DNA of 61,434 nucleotides from an uncultured Mageeibacillus sp. (GTDB lineage Bacteria > Bacillota > Clostridia > Saccharofermentanales > DTU023). Below the pieces are notes generated by a model. That model saw nothing but the letters and a program-made list of their open reading frames with translations. It did no database searches and was not told the DNA's origin. Position numbers and translations under genes: made by a program. Within the stretch, counting starts at the first letter, position 1. Each line of letters opens with the position of its first letter. The stretch spans positions 1 through 61,434 of the forward strand of contig CAZAKT010000002.1 of NCBI GenBank assembly GCA_964486135.1, read 5' to 3'. Shown here one piece after another: positions 46,824 to 54,368 of this stretch.

Positions 46824-47552
46824 GTGTTTATGTTCCATATCAACCACCCGGTGCTCTACGGGCTGGCAGCCCTGGTCATCCTCTATGTGCTGGGCCAGTC
46901 AGTCTTTTTCACCGTGAAAGCTTACAAACGGGCCCGTGAGCTCGGCATAGAGACGCCGCTCCTCCGGGCCATCATGCGGGGTTCGGCCGTGTTTTCCCTG
47001 GCTCCTGCTGTGGCCATCGTAATCGGGATCATCACCTTGTCACAGTATCTGGGCCTCCCCCTGCCCTGGCTCCGTCTCAGCGTTGTCGGGGCCCTGACCT
47101 ACGAACTCCCTGCCGCCACCTCGGCGGCGACAGCCCTGGGCATATCCATGACGGACGCCTTGACCGACGCCAGGGCCTATGCCACCATCGCCTGGGTCAT
47201 GACCCTGGGTAGCTTCTCAGGCATAGTCATTATCACCTTTTTCCTGAAAAAGATTGAAAAAGGCCTGATGACCATCAAGGCAAAGGATGAAAAATGGGGA
47301 GCCCTCTTCATGGACTCACTTTTCATCGGTATGGTCTCCGCCTTCCTTGGCATGGTCTTCTCCCAGATCCGGCTGGGTTTCAAAGGCTGGATCCCAGTAT
47401 TCGTCATGCTTTTTTCCTCCTTGCTCATGCTGGTTTTTGGCTACCTGGTCAAGAAAAAAGAAGTGGCCTGGTTGGAGAACTACGCCATGCCCTTCAGCAT
47501 GCTGGGGGCCATGGCCTTTTCCATCCCGCTGACCTTTTGGATTGGAGGTTGA
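46824..47552 (+). CDS. Multi-pass membrane protein (DUF5058-like)
   Basis: SAVFSLAPAVAI, PLPWLRLSVVGALTYE, W-x-ENYAMPFSM; 6-7 TM. Confidence 0.75.
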   Translation: MFMFHINHPVLYGLAALVILYVLGQSVFFTVKAYKRARELGIETPLLRAIMRGSAVFSLAPAVAIVIGIITLSQYLGLPLPWLRLSVVGALTYELPAATSAATALGISMTDALTDARAYATIAWVMTLGSFSGIVIITFFLKKIEKGLMTIKAKDEKWGALFMDSLFIGMVSAFLGMVFSQIRLGFKGWIPVFVMLFSSLLMLVFGYLVKKKEVAWLENYAMPFSMLGAMAFSIPLTFWIGG

Positions 47553-47555
47553 CCC

Positions 47556-48209
47556 ATGAGTCACTACGATGAAAAGATCCACCGCTGGGGGCGGATATCC
47601 GGCATTCTCGCCATGATCATGTTTGCGGCCTATCCCTTGCTGCTCAGCATCTACTTCAGGGCCTGGCCCTATCTGGGCGCCCTGGGCAAGGGCCTGCTGG
47701 GCGTCGTCCCTGTCTTCTACACCATAGGAATCATTGAGGCCTTTACCTACGGCCCCATGTTGGGGGCGGGCGGTTCCTATCTGAGCTTTGTAACCGGGAA
47801 TATAACCAATCTGAAAGCCCCTTGCGCCATCAATGCCATGAAGGTGGCCAAGGCGGAACCGGGTACGCCGGAGGGTGAGGTCATCTCCACCCTGGCGATC
47901 GGCATCTCCTCCATCGTGACGACCATAGTCCTCTTCCTGGGTATGCTCCTCTTGAGCTACCTGGCGCCCATCCTGGAATCGCCGGCCTTGACGCCTGCTT
48001 TCGCCAACATCCTCCCGGCCCTGTTCGGGGGACTGGCGGTTGTCTTCATTTCGAGGAACTGGAAGATCGCGATCGGTCCTATGGTGTTCATGCTGCTCCT
48101 CTTCCTCATCCAGCCCAGCCTGGCGAGCGCTGTCAGCCTCCTGGTACCGGTCGGGGCTGTCATCGCCATCCTGATATCCCGGATACTTTACAAGAGGGGG
48201 AAACTATAG
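47556..48209 (+). CDS. Multi-pass membrane protein, partner of the DUF5058-like gene
   Basis: IEAFTYGPMLGAGGSYLSFVTGNITNLKAPCA; 3-nt gap to the upstream gene. Confidence 0.75.
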   Translation: MSHYDEKIHRWGRISGILAMIMFAAYPLLLSIYFRAWPYLGALGKGLLGVVPVFYTIGIIEAFTYGPMLGAGGSYLSFVTGNITNLKAPCAINAMKVAKAEPGTPEGEVISTLAIGISSIVTTIVLFLGMLLLSYLAPILESPALTPAFANILPALFGGLAVVFISRNWKIAIGPMVFMLLLFLIQPSLASAVSLLVPVGAVIAILISRILYKRGKL

Positions 48210-48740
48210 GCCCGGGAGACCGGAGGCCCGGTCCTCCCGGATAAGGACCTTTTCGATCCCGGCCACATAGAGGTGATGGAAGCCGCCACCGTACCACTTA
48301 TCGACGATGGCCTGACCTTGGATCAGGTCCTGGGCGCTGAACTGGGGCCGGGCCATCTTCCTGCAGATAAAGGAGACTTTTGACTCTTCAAAATAGGGGG
48401 TTTCCCCCTCATAGGCGACGGTCAAACCACAGGCCTTGATCTTATCCTGATCCCGGCCGGAATGCTGGCCGCAATAGGCCAGGATCCGGCGGGACTCCTC
48501 CCCTTCCGGGAGGGCGGCAAAGGAAAAGCGGTCGGCCTTCTCCGTGAATTCAAAGGTGTATCGTTCCGGGCGGACCGCGACATAGACGACCTTTCTGCCC
48601 CAGATACAGCCAAAGCCACCCCAGCCGACGGTCATGGTGTTGATCCTGCCATCAAAGCAGGCTGTCAGCAACATCCCCTCCTCCAGCAGGGTGAAGGGAT
48701 TTTCCCTGAGTTCGGCCGGATCAATGGATCTAAAAGTCAT
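48204..48740 (-). CDS. Flavin reductase-like FMN-binding protein
   Basis: NTMTVGWGG, VAVRPERYTFEF, YCGQHSGRDQDK, HHLYVAGI. Confidence 0.88.
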   Translation of the reverse strand: MTFRSIDPAELRENPFTLLEEGMLLTACFDGRINTMTVGWGGFGCIWGRKVVYVAVRPERYTFEFTEKADRFSFAALPEGEESRRILAYCGQHSGRDQDKIKACGLTVAYEGETPYFEESKVSFICRKMARPQFSAQDLIQGQAIVDKWYGGGFHHLYVAGIEKVLIREDRASGLPGL

Positions 48741-48827
48741 GGTTTTTCCTTTCTCCCTGCCAGATGGGCATTCCCCGTTGGTTCAAAGGGACAAAACCCA
48801 GTATACCCTTATCCCTTCCCCTCATCC

Positions 48828-48853
48828 AAAAAGGGGCCGTCACAGACAGCCCC
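48828..48853 (-). terminator. Rho-independent terminator of the cell-wall hydrolase gene
   Basis: Minus strand GGGGCUGUC-UGU-GACGGCCCC (one G-U pair) followed by UUUUU. Confidence 0.7.
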
Positions 48854-48879
48854 TCTTATGTAGGTCGGATTCAGGATCA

Positions 48880-49896
48880 TCAGTGGGTGCTGAAGAAGCG
48901 GACCGCATTTCGCTGGACGATGAATTTTTGAGTCTCATGCCATTTTCCCTTGGCCAGGTTGCTGGCATAGAAGTAGTAGATGGGGTGTTGGACCCCGCTC
49001 CCCCCCTGGTCAAAGACAAAGGAGACAGCCTGCTTGACGGTCTGGGAGACATTCTTCCTGACAGGAGCGGTATAACCGTACTTGCGCTTGATGACAGCCG
49101 CGCTGTTGGTGCCCGACCTTACCATGGAGTCGCGGATACACTGGGAGACCAATACGGCACCGATGTAATCATTTCCATACTCACCCATGACCAGGCCCTC
49201 AAGAACTTGTCTGTCCGAAACCTGGAGCGACCGACCCTGGTAGCTCCTGTCAGGATTGGCTATTTCAATCAAGAATTGGCCATTCCCTGGAGCGGCTGCT
49301 GGACTCTCCTCCGGACTGGTGGTCTCGGCAGGAGGATTCCCCTCTGTTTCCTGAGCAGCTTGCTCCTGGGCAGCCTTCTCAGCCGCAGCCTTCTCTTCCG
49401 CTGCCCTCTTTTCAGCCGCCTTCTTTTCTGCAGCCTTTTTCTCAGCCGCCTTCTTCTCCGCGGCCTTTTTCGCCGCCGCCTTCTCCTCAGCCTCTCTCTT
49501 TTCCTCTTCGAGCCTGGCCTCTTCACTCAGCCTAACCCGCTCTTTTCTCTCTTCCTCTTCGGTTTCCATCCGGGCCAGGCGTTCCCAGCGCTTCAGATTT
49601 CTTTCACTGTCGGCCGAGGTCCCTGTATCCAGTTCAATCTCTTTTTCGGCTTCCGTGTCCATACCGGGTAGATCTGAAAGGTTCCGGTCAATGACGTCCG
49701 TATCAAATATTAGGAAGTCCTTGCCATCCTGCAGACTTAAGTAGGGTTCGTCCTCTCCGGCATCCAGACCGGATGAACTCCGGTCGGCCTGGGCACCACT
49801 GCCCGCGATTGCCGCCGTCACCGGCAGGGATAGCAGGGTAGCCGTCAGGACGGCACCAGCCATAAGTCGTTTATATCTGTTTAACTTAGCTTTCAT
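48880..49896 (-). CDS. Exported protein with an A/E/K-rich helical spacer and a C-terminal SleB/Hydrolase_2-like cell-wall hydrolase domain
   Basis: Signal-peptide-like N-terminus, AEKKA repeats, LEGLVMGE (aligns by eye to the SleB catalytic Glu in AVYGE), IYYFY...WHETQKF...VRFF. Confidence 0.65.
   Translation of the reverse strand: MKAKLNRYKRLMAGAVLTATLLSLPVTAAIAGSGAQADRSSSGLDAGEDEPYLSLQDGKDFLIFDTDVIDRNLSDLPGMDTEAEKEIELDTGTSADSERNLKRWERLARMETEEEERKERVRLSEEARLEEEKREAEEKAAAKKAAEKKAAEKKAAEKKAAEKRAAEEKAAAEKAAQEQAAQETEGNPPAETTSPEESPAAAPGNGQFLIEIANPDRSYQGRSLQVSDRQVLEGLVMGEYGNDYIGAVLVSQCIRDSMVRSGTNSAAVIKRKYGYTAPVRKNVSQTVKQAVSFVFDQGGSGVQHPIYYFYASNLAKGKWHETQKFIVQRNAVRFFSTH
49365..49490 (-). repeat. 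Imperfect 15-nt tandem coding repeat (AEKKA)n
   Basis: EKAAAKKAAEKKAAEKKAAEKKAAEKRAAEEKAAAEKAA, with synonymous divergence between units. Confidence 0.85.
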
Positions 49897-50360
49897 TTCA
49901 GCCTCATACTTTCTAGCCAAACCACTCCCACTTGACACGCAGCAAAACCAGACATCAGACGTAGAACGATATAGGGGCTCGCGTTGGGGGGTTTTTTTGA
50001 CTGTAGTTACCTTAACGCACCCTACCGGCCCATCAAAGGGTTAAATAGACGAATCTGCCAGGCTGTTGGGGTCCTTATGCTGTCATTAAACAGAAAACAG
50101 CCTGTGCAAAAAGAGAGGAAGTGAAGGATAATACGGGCATAAGCTGACATAATGGACAAAATTCAGGCAGGGACAACTGTCAAATTATCAAGCTTGGAAT
50201 AGCTGTAATAGCATAGGGGCAGGCCCTTCGAGCCATTATATTCCACCAGGAGGAGGAAAATCCCGGTTTTGGGGTGGGAGCCGGCTCCTGGCAGTTCCCG
50301 AAAAAGGGTCTAAAATGAAACTATTGTGAAGAGAATTTGAATCCCGGGAGGAGAAGGAAG

Positions 50361-51443
50361 ATGGATAAAAGCGAACTGGTCCGGATGATTACCGATTACG
50401 CAGAGGCGAGCGGACCCTCCGGCTTTGAGCACGAGATGGCAGAAAAAATCATGGAATACAAGGACAGCTACGGGGAGATGACCCGTGACAGCCTCCAGAA
50501 TGTCTACATCCGCCGTCACGGCAACAAGGGGGAGGGACTATGTGTCCAGCTGGACGCCCACCTGGATGAGGTGGGACTGATCGTCCAGTCCATCAAGGAG
50601 AATGGCATGCTGGCCGTCCTCCCCTTGGGCTCCTGGGTACCCAGCCATATACCCAGCCAGCTTTTCCGGGTCAGGACCAGGGACGGCCGATGGATACCCG
50701 CCATTGCCGCCAGCAAACCGCCTCACTATCTGACGGAGGCAGAGAAGGGGGAAGGCGTCCGTCTGGACCAGATTGAGCTGGATGTAGGGGCCAGTTCCCG
50801 GCAGGAGGTGGAGGAGGTCTTTGGCCTTGGCCTGGCAGCCCCGGTCGTCCCCCATGTCGACTGCCACTATGACGAGGCGCAGGACCTCCTCCTGGGCAAG
50901 GCCTTTGACTGCCGGCTCGGCTGTGCCGCTATGACGGCGACCCTGGAACGGTTGAAGGGGGAGGATCTGGAGATCGACCTGGTTGCCGCCTACTCAGCCC
51001 AGGAAGAGATCGGCGGCCGCGGTGCCCTGGTGACAGCCCGCCAGATTGATGCCGACCTGGCTATCGTCTTTGAGGGGACGCCGGCGGACGACAGTTTTGC
51101 CCCGGCCGGACAGGGGCAGACATTGTTGGGCAAGGGGCCCATGCTCCGCCATCTGGACCGCTCCATGGTGACACATCCGGGTTTTCAGCGCTATGCGCTG
51201 GACCTGGCCCGTGAGCAGGGGATCCCCGTCCAGGAGGCTGTCAGGAGCGGAGGCGGGACCAATGGCGGACTGATCCATACCGCGGGCGCCGGAATTCCCA
51301 CCCTGGTCATCGGGATACCGGTCCGCTACATCCATACCCATCACGGTTGGGCGAAAGGGGCGGATGTCGAGGCCGCCATTGAGCTGGCGGTGGCCCTCCT
51401 CCGATCCTTTGATGGAAAAACCCTGGAGAAGCTGGTCTATTGA
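50361..51443 (+). CDS. M42-family metallo-aminopeptidase
   Basis: DAHLDEVG, KAFDCRLG, QEEIGGRGA, FEGT, RYIHT. Confidence 0.9.
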   Translation: MDKSELVRMITDYAEASGPSGFEHEMAEKIMEYKDSYGEMTRDSLQNVYIRRHGNKGEGLCVQLDAHLDEVGLIVQSIKENGMLAVLPLGSWVPSHIPSQLFRVRTRDGRWIPAIAASKPPHYLTEAEKGEGVRLDQIELDVGASSRQEVEEVFGLGLAAPVVPHVDCHYDEAQDLLLGKAFDCRLGCAAMTATLERLKGEDLEIDLVAAYSAQEEIGGRGALVTARQIDADLAIVFEGTPADDSFAPAGQGQTLLGKGPMLRHLDRSMVTHPGFQRYALDLAREQGIPVQEAVRSGGGTNGGLIHTAGAGIPTLVIGIPVRYIHTHHGWAKGADVEAAIELAVALLRSFDGKTLEKLVY

Positions 51444-51460
51444 CGGGTCGGGAGGAGAGG

Positions 51461-52888
51461 CTAAAGGCCGGCGATGGTTTCGCGGAGCAGCTCCTCTACC
51501 AGCAGGGGATTGGCCCTGCCGCCCGTCTGTTTCATTACCCCCCCGACCAGTGACCGCAGGGCGCTTTCCTTGCCCTTGAGGAAGTCCTTGAGGGCCCGTT
51601 CGTTGGCGGCCAGGGCCGCCTCGATCGCGGGCTGAAGCCTCTCGCGGTCATTGATCTGGCCAAGATCATGTTCGGCGATATAGTTGACCGGATCAAAATC
51701 CTTTTCCATCAGGGCCTTCAGGACCTTCCGGCCGGTATTGCTGTTGATCTCATCCTTGGCCAGGAGGTCGGCCAGTTTGCCCAGGCTGACGGGGTTGAGC
51801 AGGTCTTCCTCCGTCTCCTCTGTGTAGAGGGGGGCGATATCCGCCAGGATCAGATTGACCAGGGTTTTGACATTCCCGGTCGCTGCCGCCGCTTTTTCAA
51901 AGAAATCCGACAGCTCCTTGTCGTCAGTGAGCCGCTCCGCCTCGTATTCTGTCAGGTCGAAGTCCCTGATATATTGGGCCTTCCGCTCATCGGCCAGCCT
52001 CGGAATGCCAGCCCGGATCTGTTCGATCTCCGCTGTTTCCACCTCAACGGGGACCAGGTCGGGATCTGGGAAATAACGGTAGTCGGTCGCCTCATCCTTC
52101 AAGCGCATAGGATAGGTCTGGCCGGTCTTCTCATCGTAGCGGCGGGTTTCTGAAATGATTTCATCCCCCGCCTCCAGGAGGCTGACCTGACGTTTGAACT
52201 CGCTTTCTATGGCGCGGGCGATGAAGTTGAAGGAGTTCAGGTTTTTGAGCTCGACCCGGGTGCCCAGGGCCGACTCGCCCTTCTTGCGGACGGAAAGGTT
52301 GACATCGCATCGGAGAGATCCCTCGTTCATCTTACCGTCGGATATGCCGGTGTAACGGGCCATGGCCCGCAACTTCCTCAGGTAGGCGACGGCCTCTTCC
52401 CCATTTCGGATATCCGGTTCGGAGACAATTTCGATCAGGGGGACGCCACAGCGATTGCAGTCAACCAGGGTGCCCTCATCCGTATGGATAAGCTTGCCGG
52501 CGTCCTCCTCCATATGGATCCGGTTGATGCGGATCCGCCTGACCCCGTCGCCCGTGGCGACCTCCAGGTAGCCCTTGGTGCAGATGGGAAAAAAGTTCTG
52601 CGTGGTCTGGAAGGCCTTGGGAAGGTCGGGATAGAAGTAGTTCTTCCGATCAAAGCGAGACCAGCCCTCAATTGAGCAATGGGTCGCGATACCGGCCCGG
52701 ATGGCAAATTCAACAACCTCGCGGTTCAAGGCGGGGAGGGTCCCCGGCAAGGCCAGACAGACGGGACAGACCTGCGTATTGGGCGGCGCGCCGAAGCTGG
52801 TCGCGCAATTGCACAGGAGTTTATGCTCCGTCTTCAATTCGATATGGACTTCAAGTCCGATTACAGATTCATAGTCCTGCAGGCTCAT
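51461..52888 (-). CDS. gatB: Asp-tRNA(Asn)/Glu-tRNA(Gln) amidotransferase subunit B
   Basis: IGLEVHIEL, RKNYFYPDLPK, HMEEDAGK, NRCGVPLIEIVSEP, YRYFPDPDL, C-terminal YqeY-like tail. Confidence 0.96.
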   Translation of the reverse strand: MSLQDYESVIGLEVHIELKTEHKLLCNCATSFGAPPNTQVCPVCLALPGTLPALNREVVEFAIRAGIATHCSIEGWSRFDRKNYFYPDLPKAFQTTQNFFPICTKGYLEVATGDGVRRIRINRIHMEEDAGKLIHTDEGTLVDCNRCGVPLIEIVSEPDIRNGEEAVAYLRKLRAMARYTGISDGKMNEGSLRCDVNLSVRKKGESALGTRVELKNLNSFNFIARAIESEFKRQVSLLEAGDEIISETRRYDEKTGQTYPMRLKDEATDYRYFPDPDLVPVEVETAEIEQIRAGIPRLADERKAQYIRDFDLTEYEAERLTDDKELSDFFEKAAAATGNVKTLVNLILADIAPLYTEETEEDLLNPVSLGKLADLLAKDEINSNTGRKVLKALMEKDFDPVNYIAEHDLGQINDRERLQPAIEAALAANERALKDFLKGKESALRSLVGGVMKQTGGRANPLLVEELLRETIAGL

Positions 52889-54357
52889 AGGATCACCTCT
52901 CCAGGGATGGGCAGGAGCCCGTGCGCGTCCTCATAATGGGCAGCCAGCCTGTAAAGCAGACCCTCGGAGAAGCGGGGTCCTACAAGCTGCATGCCGATGG
53001 GCAGACCGGCGTCCGTCATCCCAATCGGCAGGGACAGGGCGGGGAGGCCGGCCAGGGAGGGGGGGAGGGTAAAGCGGTCGTTGCTGTATTTGCCGCCACC
53101 CGCCTCTTCGGGTGAACTGCCCAGGGGCCAGGCCGGTGTCGCGGTGACCGGGGTCAGGAGGGCCTGGCAGCTATGGAAGACCTGGTTCAGCTCTTCAGTG
53201 ACCAGGGTCCTTACCTGGGCCGCCTTGAGGAAGTAGTCCTGGTAGTGTTCCTCGGAGAGGGCCAGGCCGCCAAGCAGGATCCGCTCTTTGACTTCAGGGC
53301 CGAAGGCCTGGCCCCGGGACTTGAAGTAAATGTCCTCCAGGCTTTCGGCCTCGGGGCTCCTGAAGCCAAAATGGATACCATCGTAACGGTTCAAGGTGGA
53401 GAAGCCCTCCGCGCCTGAGATGATGTAATAGGCGGCAAGCGCCGCTTCGACCGTCTTCAGGTCAACCGGGACCAGGCGGGCGCCGGCCGACTCAAAGAAG
53501 GCAAGGGCGGCCTCCAGTCCCTTCTTGATAGTGGGATCCAGATCGCCTGACTCGAAATAAGCCCTCGACCAGCCGATGACGGGATTGCCCAGATCCCCCT
53601 CCAGGAGCTCTGTATAGGCGGGGCCCTCCCGGCCCAGGCTATGGACATCCTTCTTGTCCCTCCGGGCGATGGTCTCGAGCACAAGCGCATTATCACGCAC
53701 GCTCCGGGTCATGGGGCCGACCTGGTCAAGTGAAGGGGCAAAGGCTGTGACGCCCCGTCTTGAGACCAGGCCGTAGCTGGGGCGAAGGCCAACCAGTCCA
53801 CAAAGGGCCGAGGGCTGCCTGATGGATCCACCCGTGTCCGTTCCGAGCGCGAAACAGGCCTCACCAGAGGCCACGGCAGCTGCGGATCCTCCGGAACTAC
53901 CGCCGGGCACGCGCGACAGATCATAGGGATTACGTGTTGGATGGAAGGCTGAGGATTCCGTTGAATGTCCGATGGCGAATTCATCCAGATTGGCCTTGCC
54001 GAGCAGGACCACCTCCTCCTGTTTGAGCAGGCGCCAGACGTAGGCATCGTAGGGGGGGATAAAATTTTCAGTCATCCGGGAGCCGTTGGTCGTGGGGATT
54101 CCCTTGACTGCGATATTGTCCTTCAAAGCACCTGGAAGTCCTGCGAGAAGAGCTAGTTGACGCTTTTCAGCCAGGAGGCGGTCGACATGGTCGGCCTGGT
54201 TCAAGGCCAGATCCCGCGTCAGCGTGATGTAGGCGCCGACCCTTTCCTCCTGGGCCCCGATCCTGTCATATATGGCCTCCGTCAGTTCCCGGGAGGAGAA
54301 AAGTCTCTTGCGCAAGCCCTCTGCCAGTTGTCTCAATTCCATTGTTTGGTATTTCAT
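52885..54357 (-). CDS. gatA: Asp-tRNA(Asn)/Glu-tRNA(Gln) amidotransferase subunit A
   Basis: Amidase signature KDNI, PGGSSGGSAAAVA, GTDTGGSIRQP; ATGA coupling to gatB. Confidence 0.95.
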   Translation of the reverse strand: MKYQTMELRQLAEGLRKRLFSSRELTEAIYDRIGAQEERVGAYITLTRDLALNQADHVDRLLAEKRQLALLAGLPGALKDNIAVKGIPTTNGSRMTENFIPPYDAYVWRLLKQEEVVLLGKANLDEFAIGHSTESSAFHPTRNPYDLSRVPGGSSGGSAAAVASGEACFALGTDTGGSIRQPSALCGLVGLRPSYGLVSRRGVTAFAPSLDQVGPMTRSVRDNALVLETIARRDKKDVHSLGREGPAYTELLEGDLGNPVIGWSRAYFESGDLDPTIKKGLEAALAFFESAGARLVPVDLKTVEAALAAYYIISGAEGFSTLNRYDGIHFGFRSPEAESLEDIYFKSRGQAFGPEVKERILLGGLALSEEHYQDYFLKAAQVRTLVTEELNQVFHSCQALLTPVTATPAWPLGSSPEEAGGGKYSNDRFTLPPSLAGLPALSLPIGMTDAGLPIGMQLVGPRFSEGLLYRLAAHYEDAHGLLPIPGEVIL

Positions 54358-54368
54358 AGCCTATCCCC

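Noticed and set aside
49365-49490. Tandem repeat as a possible CRISPR or VNTR array
   Set aside because: In-frame coding repeat with synonymous variation, no spacers and no cas genes
48634-49671. 345-aa plus-strand ORF with LLFRRLL-type repeats
   Set aside because: Reverse-complement reading of the AEKKA repeat gene, which has the RBS, signal peptide and terminator
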